Source of the DNA: Alphaproteobacteria bacterium
Lineage (GTDB): Bacteria; Pseudomonadota; Alphaproteobacteria; UBA828
Assembly: GCA_963422645.2 (NCBI GenBank)
Contig: CAXXVO010000016.1
Location: 1-56,734 of the forward strand
Direction of reading: 5' to 3'
Length of the DNA: 56,734 nt
Made by a program: the position numbers and the translations under genes. A model generated the notes under the pieces. It was given only the letters and a program-made list of their open reading frames with translations, ran no database searches and was not told where the DNA came from. Positions 48,511-56,734 of the stretch are shown piece by piece. Each line of letters starts with the position of its first letter. The first letter of the stretch is position 1.

Positions 48511-50149
48511 GTAACTGCCCAGGTCGTCTGATTTGTCATTTTGGGCCAGTGAGTTGAGGCGTGTGTCGTTCTGAATTGGCGCAAAGGGCTTGACGGGAAT
48601 TTCGGGAAATGACTCAACAACGACATGAGCAATCCCGAGTCGCCGCGCGGCCCTTCGACGGGAGCAGCGCCCGAAACGCCCGCGCAGAAGATCGCCCACC
48701 TGGAGGAGGAAAACGCCTGGCTTCGGCAGCAGAACGCGCGTCTGGTCGAGCGTATCGAGGAGTTGGAGCGCCGTCTCGGCCTCAACAGCGGCAACAGCGG
48801 CAAGCCGCCTTCGAGCGATGGGCTGAGGAAGCCGAATTCGAAGCGGCGAACCCGAAGCCTGCGCGGCAAATCGGGCCGCAAGCCCGGTGGCCAGCCCGGC
48901 CACAAGGGCAAGACGCTGCGCCGCGCCGATCACCCGGATCGGGTGAAGGATCACGTCCCGGCTTCCTGCAAGGGATGCGGTTCGCCGCTTTCGGACGCGG
49001 CCAGGGCGGGAACGCCCGTCGCCCGCCAGGTCTTCGATCTGCCCGAGCCTCGTCCGCTGGAGGTAACCGGGCACCGGGCGCATGCCAGGTGCTGCGGGAA
49101 TTGCGGGACGGTGACCCGGGCGGCGTTCCCCGACGGGGTGTCGGCGCCGGTGCAGTACGGCCCGCGCATTGCCGGGGTGGCGGTCTACCTTCAGCACGCT
49201 CACTTCCTGCCGGAGGATCGGCTGTCGCAGGTGATGGCCGAGCTCTTCGGCGCGCCGGTGACGGCTGCGACGTTGGCGACGATGAGCGAGAGGGCGGCCG
49301 AGCGGCTGCGGGACGCGGCCTTGCACATACAGGACCTGGCGGCGGGCACGGCGCGGGTGAAACACATGGACGAGACCGGCTTGCGGATCGGCGGTCAGAC
49401 GCAGTGGCTTCATGTGATCTGCACGCCGCTGCTGGCGGCGTACCGGGTCAGCGGCAAGCGCGGCGCCCTGCTCTCGGGTGTCTCCGGCATCGTCGTGCAC
49501 GATCACTGGAAGCCGTACTTCGCGATGGAAGGGGTGGAGCACGGCCTGTGCAACGCCCATCACCTGCGGGAGTTGCAGGCGCTGGTGGACATCGAAGGGG
49601 AGGCTTGGGCCCGGCGGATGCAGCAGCTCCTGCGCCGGGCCAATCGCGCCGCCCGCATCGCGCTGGACAAGGATATCGCCGTTCCGGCGAGGCTTGTGGC
49701 GCTGATCGAGCGCCGATACGACGAGATCATCGCCGATGCGCTGGCCTTTCACGAGAGCCAACCACCGTTCTCGCCTGGCAAGAGGAAGAAGCGCCGGAAG
49801 CGACGGATCGGTCACAATCCGGCCTTGAGGCTGCGCGGCCACAAGTGCGCGGTGCTCCGGTTCCTGATCGACCTCGAGGTCGGGTTCACGAACAACGAGG
49901 CCGAGCGCGACCTTCGGATGATGAAGCTGCGCCAGAAGATCTCCGGGGACTTCCGCTCCGCACAGGGGGCCGAGAACTTCGCCATCCTGCGCAGCGTCAT
50001 CACCACCGCCAGAAAGCAGGGCTGGAATATCATAGAAGCCCTGACCAGCCCGTCGGATCGGCTCATCGCCACCGTCAAGTGCGCGTAAGCCCACCTGGCG
50101 GGGGCACTCCAACAGCGGAATCATCCCCATGAACAACCTGGGCAGTTAC
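48511..50149 (+). mobile_element. IS66-family element (single-ORF type)
   Basis: Perfect 14-bp IR GTAACTGCCCAGGT / ACCTGGGCAGTTAC; no 8-bp target duplication. Confidence 0.9.
48625..50088 (+). CDS. IS66 transposase
   Basis: 'NSGKPPSSD', Zn finger, 'HMDETG', 'HDHW', 'TNNEAERDLR'. Confidence 0.92.
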   Translation: MSNPESPRGPSTGAAPETPAQKIAHLEEENAWLRQQNARLVERIEELERRLGLNSGNSGKPPSSDGLRKPNSKRRTRSLRGKSGRKPGGQPGHKGKTLRRADHPDRVKDHVPASCKGCGSPLSDAARAGTPVARQVFDLPEPRPLEVTGHRAHARCCGNCGTVTRAAFPDGVSAPVQYGPRIAGVAVYLQHAHFLPEDRLSQVMAELFGAPVTAATLATMSERAAERLRDAALHIQDLAAGTARVKHMDETGLRIGGQTQWLHVICTPLLAAYRVSGKRGALLSGVSGIVVHDHWKPYFAMEGVEHGLCNAHHLRELQALVDIEGEAWARRMQQLLRRANRAARIALDKDIAVPARLVALIERRYDEIIADALAFHESQPPFSPGKRKKRRKRRIGHNPALRLRGHKCAVLRFLIDLEVGFTNNEAERDLRMMKLRQKISGDFRSAQGAENFAILRSVITTARKQGWNIIEALTSPSDRLIATVKCA

Positions 50150-50367
50150 GAATTCGTGTGATTCCCATGCGATTCCCAGTTGAACGTAAGCAAGGTAGAC
50201 ACCAGTTCGCCAACGCCGGGCCGCACGCGGCCAAGACCGTCTTGGCGGCTGTGAAGGATCCCCGACATCGCCCCGTGTCGATGGGACGTGGCCATGAAAG
50301 CAGCCGCCACCCATCCGCTTTTCTACTCTCTCCTCTCTAACGGTTAGCAACTCCAACACAACGAAGG

Positions 50368-51225
50368 TCACGGCCGTGGCATCCGCCATCCGAACAACTC
50401 ACGCCAAGTCTCGACGGCCGCCCGTTCCTTGCCCTCGTATTCCAGCTGCAGCGCCTCCTCCGCGACCCCAAGCCATCCACGCACCAGGACCGAGAGCTGC
50501 CGCCGCCGCTCCGGGCTGATCCCTGCATTCACATCCGGGCCGATCCCCACGGGATCCGGCCAGTCTTCCCCGATCTGGTCAACAACCGACGCTAGGAAGA
50601 ACCGAATCTCGTCGCGGTACCGACCGAATGGCTCAACCACCAGATCGAGCCCCATCACCTCTAGCAGGAACGCCGGCTCGATCGGCTCTCCCGCCTCGCG
50701 GTTCATGCCCTTTACCATCTTCACGAACGGCACGAACTTCTCGTCGCAGGCATTGTTCTTCGCTGTCACGAGCCTGTGCTGCTCTTGCGGATCGGTGTCC
50801 ATCCACCCTGCCCCGTTCGGCATCAAGTATCCACCCCCGTCCCGCGGAAACACCGGGGCGACTTCGTAGGAGGCGACATCCTCGTCGCCGTAGTTGATTG
50901 TCACGACGTTGTCGTCGTCTTCCAGATTGCTCCACCGCTTCGCCAACACGTCGCGCAATGCGAGCACCGCAGCCGTTCCCGTACCGTCTGCCAGCGAGCG
51001 TTGGGGTCCGTCCGGGTCCACGACGACGAAGATGTCCACGTCCTTCAGCTTCTTCGTCTTCGTGTCCCGGCGATAGCTGCCGGTTAGGAAATGGTCGACG
51101 AATTTCCAATTGTCCTCAATGTGTTCGCGGATCAACCGGTGCCGCGTCTGGGCCTGCTCGCTCTCCGTCTTCGTGATCTCGAGATTCGACTTCAGGTTGT
51201 CGAAGGCGTCATCGACATAGCTCAT
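50368..51225 (-). CDS. CBASS CD-NTase (CdnD-like oligonucleotide cyclase)
   Basis: 'FLTGSYRRDTKTKKLKDVDIF' nucleotidyltransferase motif; adjacent to HORMA and TRIP13 genes; resembles recalled P. aeruginosa CdnD. Confidence 0.9.
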   Translation of the reverse strand: MSYVDDAFDNLKSNLEITKTESEQAQTRHRLIREHIEDNWKFVDHFLTGSYRRDTKTKKLKDVDIFVVVDPDGPQRSLADGTGTAAVLALRDVLAKRWSNLEDDDNVVTINYGDEDVASYEVAPVFPRDGGGYLMPNGAGWMDTDPQEQHRLVTAKNNACDEKFVPFVKMVKGMNREAGEPIEPAFLLEVMGLDLVVEPFGRYRDEIRFFLASVVDQIGEDWPDPVGIGPDVNAGISPERRRQLSVLVRGWLGVAEEALQLEYEGKERAAVETWRELFGWRMPRP

Positions 51226-51235
51226 CGCAAATCAC

Positions 51236-51748
51236 CTATCTACGGTAGTAGTGCATACCAGCCGTAGCATGCGGGCCGCTTGCGAGCGTGCCGAAGCTGC
51301 TCGACCGCATGCCGTCCAAAGACGCCCTCGTACCCGGCGACCAGCCAAGCTGTTGTGAGTACGTCCCGTTGTAACTGCAAAAGAGCCGGTACACGGTCCC
51401 GCGCGGCACGCCGCGAAGCTTCGCCATATACCGCGCCCGCGCTGCCCGATCCGCTGTGAACTGCCGATCCCCGACTCCAACTGCGGTATACGTCACCGGA
51501 AACTCGAATATCGGATCCACCGTTCCATCCGGCCGGTGGCACTCGAGGGCGACGCACTTGAGCGATCCTTCGGCAATCCATGCCGAAATCGCCGATTGGT
51601 CGGTCTCCCAATCCGCGAACAGCCGGGTCCGATCGATACCCAACGTGCCCAAGATGTCGGCGATGGAGCCCAGGATCACATCCGCCAGATGCGTGGCCGT
51701 GTGGGTGCGCGTAAAGGTCGAGACCGACGCCCTTGACCTTGTCACCAC
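51236..51748 (-). CDS. Bacterial HORMA protein (HORMA2-type, CBASS type III)
   Basis: 'TFTRTHTATHLADVIL..I.DIL', 'AISAWI..G.L..V.LE', 'GWSPG..AS.DGM' resemble recalled P. aeruginosa HORMA2. Confidence 0.82.
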   Translation of the reverse strand: MVTRSRASVSTFTRTHTATHLADVILGSIADILGTLGIDRTRLFADWETDQSAISAWIAEGSLKCVALECHRPDGTVDPIFEFPVTYTAVGVGDRQFTADRAARARYMAKLRGVPRGTVYRLFCSYNGTYSQQLGWSPGTRASLDGMRSSSFGTLASGPHATAGMHYYRR

Positions 51749-52167
51749 TTCGATGACTCCCGGCGAAGCGCATCAAGATCTATCGCCGACGCCGTCTCGC
51801 CCTTCTTCGCCACCGGCGCCGACTTCGGCGCCGGCTCTACCGACAAATGCACAGACCGCTTCGCCGCCGCCTCGACGCTGGCATCCAGCGCTCCCGGCAA
51901 CGGCAGATACAACATCCACCCGTCGGTCGCGCTGGAACCGCCGGGGACGGGATTCAGATTCTCCTTCACGCCGAGCGCCGCTTCGGCCGTCGCCACCGTA
52001 ACCGTCACGTGCAGCCCGATGTCGCAGAGCACCACACCCTTCGACTCGAGGTGGCCGCCTGCGATCAGCGCTGGACCCAAGCCGTCCAGCGCGCTCAATG
52101 CCTCGCGGACGCTCCCCACCGGAACCACCGGGCTACGCTCCAGCGTGTCGGCGACTAGTGTCCCTAG

Positions 52168-53787
52168 GAGTGTGCGCCGCAGGAATCGCGGATCGCAAGG
52201 GATTGCTTTCCTGCGAAGCGACTGTGTGATCTGATAAGGCATCGCGTAGCGAGGACGGGTTGGATGTCGACGACGTATCGTCCCTATCAGCCGGACCAGT
52301 TGCTGTTGCTGGCGCCGGACCTTCGGGAGTGGCTCCCGGCGGGTCACTTGGCGCATCACGTGAGCGATTTGGTGGATTCTCTGGAGTTGAGCGCGTTGTA
52401 CGCGCCGTATGAGGGTGACGGTCGGCGCAATTCCCCGTACGAGCCCTCGATGATGGTCAAGGTGTTGATTTACGCCTATGCGACGGGGGTGTTTTCCTCG
52501 CGCGCGATTGCGAGAAAGATCGAGGAGGACGTGGCGTTTCGGGTGCTGGGGGCGGGGAACTTCCCGCAGCACCGCACGATTTGTGAATTTCGCCGTCGTC
52601 ATCTCGAAGACTTCGAGCGGATGTTCGTCGAGGTGGTGCGGGTGGCGCGCGAGATGGGGGTGGTGCGGTTTGGGACGCTGTCGGTCGATGGGACGAAGGT
52701 GCGGGCGAACGCGAGCAAGCGCAAGGCGATGAGCTATGGGCGGATGTTGACCGAGGAGTCTCGGCTGAAGGAGGAGATTCAACGGCTGCTGGACCGAGCG
52801 GGCGCGGTCGATGCCGAAGAGGATGAACGCTACGGTGATGAGGTGCGCGGTGATGAGTTGCCCGCGGAGCTCGAACGGCGCGAGAAACGCCTGGCGGCGA
52901 TTCAGGAGGCGAAGGCGCGGCTGGAAGCGGCGCAACGTGAGGCCGATGACGCGCGCGGGCGCGAGCCCGGCCAGGACCGCAATCGCAAAGGAGGCCGGCC
53001 GTACAAGCGCGCCTACGGTGAGCCCGACCCCGGTGCGCAGAGCAACTTCACCGACCCCGAGAGCCAGATCATGAACACCTCCACCGAGGGGTTCCAGCAG
53101 TGCTACAACGCCCAGACGGTGGTCGACGAGACGCATCAACTCATTGTCGCCACCGATGTCGATGCGAACGCCAGCGACCAGGGCCAGTTGCTCCCATTGC
53201 TCGATGGGGTGAGCGAGACCTTCGATGTCGAGCCCGAGGTGGTGTTGGCCGACGCGGGCTACTGCAACGAGGCGGACTTGGTGGCGTTGGAGCAGTGCGG
53301 CATCGATGCTCATGTCGCGCTGGGGCGCGAGGGCAAGGCACGAGTGGCGGTGGACCCCGAGACGCGTCCGGCCACCCACCGCATGGGCGAGAAGCTGGCC
53401 AGTAAGACGGGCCGGGCTCAATACGCCAAGCGCAAGTGGTTGTCCGAGGCACCGAACGGCTGGATCAAAGAGGTGCTGGGGTTCCGGCGGTTCAGCGTTC
53501 GGGGTGCGCACCAAGTCCGAGGTGAATGGCATCTGGTGTGCCTGGCATTGAACATCAAGCGCATGGCGGGGCTGGCGGCATGTTGACGCAACCAATGGCG
53601 CTTCGCGGTGTCGACTGGCGGGGGTCGTTCGCCCCCGCAACGCGCTCTCTACGCCTTCGAGCGTTCCCGGCGCAGTTCCTCGGCTCCGGACCATGAAAAA
53701 CCCCAATCACCGCGTTCGGTCAATCGGCCGACGTCACTACGGCCAAACGCCGTTTGCCCGACGCGAAAACTCCTGCGGCGCACGCTC
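52168..53787 (+). mobile_element. IS1182-family element
   Basis: 17-bp IR GAGTGTGCGCCGCAGGA (1 mismatch); CTAG duplicated on both sides. Confidence 0.9.
52264..53586 (+). CDS. IS1182 transposase
   Basis: 'SVDGTKVRANAS', 'TDPES', 'YNAQ', 'LADAGY'. Confidence 0.92.
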   Translation: MSTTYRPYQPDQLLLLAPDLREWLPAGHLAHHVSDLVDSLELSALYAPYEGDGRRNSPYEPSMMVKVLIYAYATGVFSSRAIARKIEEDVAFRVLGAGNFPQHRTICEFRRRHLEDFERMFVEVVRVAREMGVVRFGTLSVDGTKVRANASKRKAMSYGRMLTEESRLKEEIQRLLDRAGAVDAEEDERYGDEVRGDELPAELERREKRLAAIQEAKARLEAAQREADDARGREPGQDRNRKGGRPYKRAYGEPDPGAQSNFTDPESQIMNTSTEGFQQCYNAQTVVDETHQLIVATDVDANASDQGQLLPLLDGVSETFDVEPEVVLADAGYCNEADLVALEQCGIDAHVALGREGKARVAVDPETRPATHRMGEKLASKTGRAQYAKRKWLSEAPNGWIKEVLGFRRFSVRGAHQVRGEWHLVCLALNIKRMAGLAAC

Positions 53788-53855
53788 CTAGGACTTCCCA
53801 CGCCTCCACCGCGCTTCGAATCGGTGATGCGGCGATTGTCCTGTGGCGCTCCATC

Positions 53856-54681
53856 TCAATACTCCGCTTCTCGACGTTCGATCCCGCCGTCCTCCATCAC
53901 TCGGTCCGCAGCCGCGAGCAGGTCATCGACCGTCGTGCCCCCGGGGTCCAGAACGGTCTCCTGGCGTCCGACCATCGCCTCCATGATTGTCTTGCGGACC
54001 CGTCTACCGTCGGCGCCGGCCAGCCGTTCCGCCACCCTTTCGATGCCACCGTTGCACGCCAGCTCACCCAGCCCCGGATACGCCCCTGCCATCGACTCCA
54101 GCGCGTGCTTCAGGATCTTCACGATCCCTGACTTGTCCGGAGCCGGAACATGAATGAGCACGTCCACGCGCGAGAGGAACGCCTGGTCCAGCACGCCCAC
54201 GAAATTGCTCGTGGCAACGAAGACCAGATGTGCGTAATCGGCGGTGTTCGAATCAAGCGCTGCCAGCACCGCATCCGTCGCGCGATGAACATCGGCCGGG
54301 TTCGCCGCGAGCGATGCCTCGCTCCGCGCGATAGCCATCGACTCGACCTCGTCGAGCAGGACTACCGTTGCCATGCCGTCGTCGCCCAGCTTTGGCACGT
54401 ACTCGGTCAGCAGTTGAGTAACTGCTTTCTGGCTCTCTCCGTGTTCTGCGCTCATGAGCCCGTGCGGATCGATCTCGATCAATCGAGCTTGCCCGCTCGA
54501 GGTGAACCTCGCGAGCTGGTGAGCCAAGCCACGAGCCAGCGTCGTCTTCCCCGTCCCCGGAGGCCCATGCATCAGTATTAGTCCGTGCAAAGCCGTCGTC
54601 TCGAATGGTAGATCGGCCCGCAGCCGTAGATTCAACGCCGTCCCGCGGAGCAGCCGTTCCTTCACGGAAGGGTTAACCACT
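53856..54681 (-). pseudogene. cap6: TRIP13/Pch2-like AAA+ ATPase (Cap6), 5' end cut by IS3
   Basis: GPPGTGKT, VLLDEVES, 'NPADVHRATDAVL', 'DQAFLSRVD'; the frame runs directly into the IS3 end. Confidence 0.85.
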
Positions 54682-54707
54682 TGGACTTGCCCCGGTTTCG
54701 TGGACGG

Positions 54708-55568
54708 TTATGGATTTGGGCGAGCGGGGGGTAGTTGGCTCCGTTCGTAGTTGACTGGTGACAGGTATCCGATGGCGGAGTGGCGCCGCCGTGGGTTGTA
54801 CCATCCCTCGATGAACTCGAAGACGGCCATGCGTGCTTCGGCATGGGAGCGGAACCTCCGGCGGTCGAGCAGCTCGCATTCGAGGGTGGCGAAGAAGCTC
54901 TCGCACATGGCGTTGTCGTAGCAATCCCCGACCGATCCGGTCGAGGGGCGCACGCCGGCATCCTGGCAGCGCCTGCCGAAGGCGATCGAGGTGTACTGCG
55001 ATCCCTGGTCGGAATGGTGGATCACGCCGTCGGGCCGGCGTTGCCGGAGGGCCATGTCGAGGGCATCGAGCACGAGCCGTGTGCGCAGGTGGTTGGCCAT
55101 GGACCAGCCGACCACGCGGCGGCTGAAGGCATCCAGCACGACGGCGAGGAAGAGGAACCCGGCCCAGGTGGGGATGCAGGTGATGTCCGCGACCCAGAGC
55201 CGATCGGGTGCGTCGGCGGTGAAGTCGCGCTCGACCAGGTCCGGTGCTGCCCGGGCATGCGCGTCCCGTGTCGTCGTTCGCGTCCCCTTGCGTCGGCTGA
55301 TGCCCCTCAAGCCCGCACGGCGCATCAATCTGGCGATGCGCTTGCGGCCCACAGCGCAGCCTCGATCGACGAGCTCGGCATGGATGCGGGGGGCACCGTA
55401 GGTCCCGCGCGAGATGCGGTGGATCTCGCGGATGCGATCGAGCAGTGCCTCATCGCTCTCGGTGCGGGCCGACGGCGCCCGGCCCTGCCACGCGTAGTAC
55501 CCGCTGGCGGAGACCCCCGGCAGCCGGCACATCGTGGCGACGGGATACATGGCCCGGTTGGCTCTCAC
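54708..55568 (-). CDS. IS3 OrfB (DDE catalytic domain)
   Basis: 'WVADIT', 'HSDQGSQYTS', 'CYDNAMCESFF'. Confidence 0.92.
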   Translation of the reverse strand: MRANRAMYPVATMCRLPGVSASGYYAWQGRAPSARTESDEALLDRIREIHRISRGTYGAPRIHAELVDRGCAVGRKRIARLMRRAGLRGISRRKGTRTTTRDAHARAAPDLVERDFTADAPDRLWVADITCIPTWAGFLFLAVVLDAFSRRVVGWSMANHLRTRLVLDALDMALRQRRPDGVIHHSDQGSQYTSIAFGRRCQDAGVRPSTGSVGDCYDNAMCESFFATLECELLDRRRFRSHAEARMAVFEFIEGWYNPRRRHSAIGYLSPVNYERSQLPPARPNP

Positions 55569-55879
55569 GAACTCGAAGACCCGGATGGGATCGAGCCGGT
55601 CTCCCGAGCAAACCAGGCCGCGGCTTTTGCCAGTATCTCGCGCTCCTGGCGCAGCCGGCGGTTCTCACGCCTGAGCCGTCGCAGCTCCTCGCGCTCGGCA
55701 CTGGTCAGGCCCTCATGCGAGCGGCCCTCGTCACGGTCAGCCTGGCTGACCCAGTTGCGGATCGACTGAGCGGAGGGCTCGAACTCCCGAGCCAACTCCT
55801 CCGGTGAGCGGCCCGAGCGAACCAGCTCGACCATCTGCTCCCGGAACTCGGATGCATAGGGTGGGCGCGTCATCGACAT
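55565..55879 (-). CDS. IS3 OrfA (HTH)
   Basis: 'YASEFREQMVEL', 'ERE.L.RLRREN', 'LAKAAAWFA'. Confidence 0.9.
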   Translation of the reverse strand: MSMTRPPYASEFREQMVELVRSGRSPEELAREFEPSAQSIRNWVSQADRDEGRSHEGLTSAEREELRRLRRENRRLRQEREILAKAAAWFARETGSIPSGSSSS

Positions 55880-55933
55880 CGTGGACTCCTTTCTCCCAAC
55901 TGATCAGGTGTCCACGAAAACGGGTCAAGTCCA

Positions 55934-56217
55934 AACGGCGAATCGGCAAGTCAAACGCGTACCTGTCCCAAGTCGAGCGCGGCCTGATTAAGCAGCCAGA
56001 CCCGATCGTGCTCCTCGAACTTTCCGAACTCTACGGCCTGAACTTCCGCACGCTTGCCACCTGGGCCCTTTGGGTTAGCGATGACCCGGACACGGCCGAC
56101 GCCCACATTCGAGACTCGACGACGGTCCTTATACGTCAGATCATGCAACTCGACGCCAGCCAACGCGCTACTGTCCTACGCTACGTCGACTCCATTCTGC
56201 GCGAGCACAGGACCTAA
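55934..56217 (+). pseudogene. XRE-family HTH regulator fragment (CapH-like), start removed by IS3
   Basis: 'IGKSNAYLSQVERG...PDP.VL..LSELYGL'; divergent from the CBASS operon. Confidence 0.65.
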
Positions 56218-56288
56218 CTCACCCGCAATCCGTATCCCGCGCCAACACCAACCGCCTACGCCCCACAGTCTGCCACCGTGGCCCCAGT

Positions 56289-56670
56289 TCAACTCCCCGC
56301 CTCGCCCTCGTACGCTTTCCGTCTCACCCAGTAGTACCAGTCCGGCACGCTCGGACATATCCGTCGGTGTTCGAAGATCGCCGCCTGTACAAGGCACACG
56401 TCGGTCGCTGTCGTCGGCCCGCCCTCCTCCTCGGCCCGGGACAGGTATCCGTGCAGCTTCTTCATGCGCTTCTGGGCGGCAGACTGCGCGCGTTGCTCCA
56501 GCAACAGCCATGCGAGCAGCCTGATTACCGCCGCAACCCCCAGCACGACCTCGAACAAACTGATTCCAATTGCCGCCCCCACCACGACCCCCGATAGCGC
56601 TAGCGCCGAGACCGTGAACCAGACCCTGCAGATCCACTCCCCGCGCAACCGACTGTCCCAATGGCAATTC
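56289..56670 (-). pseudogene. C-terminal half of an S-4TM (SMODS-associated 4TM) effector, cut by IS3
   Basis: 'N..WD..LR', two TM helices, 'QAAIFEHRR..P.VPDWYY..RR'. Confidence 0.72.
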
Positions 56671-56734
56671 TGGACTTGACCCGTTTTCGTGGACACCTGA
56701 TCAGTTGGGAGAAAGGAGTCCACGATGTCGATGA
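56671..56734 (+). mobile_element. IS3-family element, copy 2 (left end only, runs off the window)
   Basis: 64 bp identical to the reverse complement of 55870-55933. Confidence 0.9.

Larger units (their letters stand above)
51742..53854 (-). pseudogene. HORMA3-type CBASS protein (162 aa when rejoined) interrupted by IS1182
   Basis: 53854-53788 joined to 52163-51742 gives an open frame MERHRTIAASPIRSAVEAWEVLGTLVADT...RESSKW. Confidence 0.8.
54682..55933 (-). mobile_element. IS3-family element, copy 1
   Basis: TGGACTTG..CCG.TTTCGTGGAC IRs with TG/CA ends; orfA-orfB; no target duplication. Confidence 0.9.

Noticed and set aside
48040-50136. 698-aa minus-strand ORF
   Set aside because: Antisense of the IS66 transposase
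50150-50367. Possible start of a CBASS effector or ncRNA after the cyclase
   Set aside because: Short frames show no TM, nuclease, SAVED or TIR features, and I see no convincing structure
51742-53706. 654-aa ORF
   Set aside because: Chimera of the IS1182 antisense strand and the 3' part of the HORMA3 gene
55934-56670. Simple inversion between the two IS3 copies explaining the broken genes
   Set aside because: Flipping the segment restores neither the TRIP13 5' end nor any target duplication

Overview
High-GC window, most consistent with an alphaproteobacterium (purB, tRNA-Gln, mmcB with a GAAC-type SOS-like box, cytochrome c', TRAP transporter). It has three zones. (1) 1-4.85 kb: a RES-Xre toxin-antitoxin pair and an IS21-family element abutting a leftover transposon end that cuts off the 5' part of an aminotransferase. 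(2) 4.85-37.6 kb: housekeeping and catabolic genes, including a secreted sphingomyelinase-like enzyme behind a TonB-receptor remnant, a hydantoinase/acetone-carboxylase-like cluster, two tandem AHS1/AHS2 (PxpB/PxpC-like) pairs, an IS1634 element and a recurrent multi-hairpin intergenic repeat. (3) 37.7 kb to the end: a tyrosine integrase, a tRNA-fMet 3'-half att site, and a large-serine-recombinase island carrying defence-type cargo. The cargo is a RelBE-like pair, a ~1360-aa HigA-HTH fusion with a nuclease-like domain and its own promoter/operator, a truncated DUF499 ATPase, and a type III CBASS locus (TRIP13, HORMA3, HORMA2, CdnD-like cyclase, plus fragments of a CapH-like HTH and an S-4TM effector). 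The CBASS locus is broken by an IS1182 and two IS3 copies and bounded by an IS66. All family calls come from motif recognition by eye; no database searches were run.
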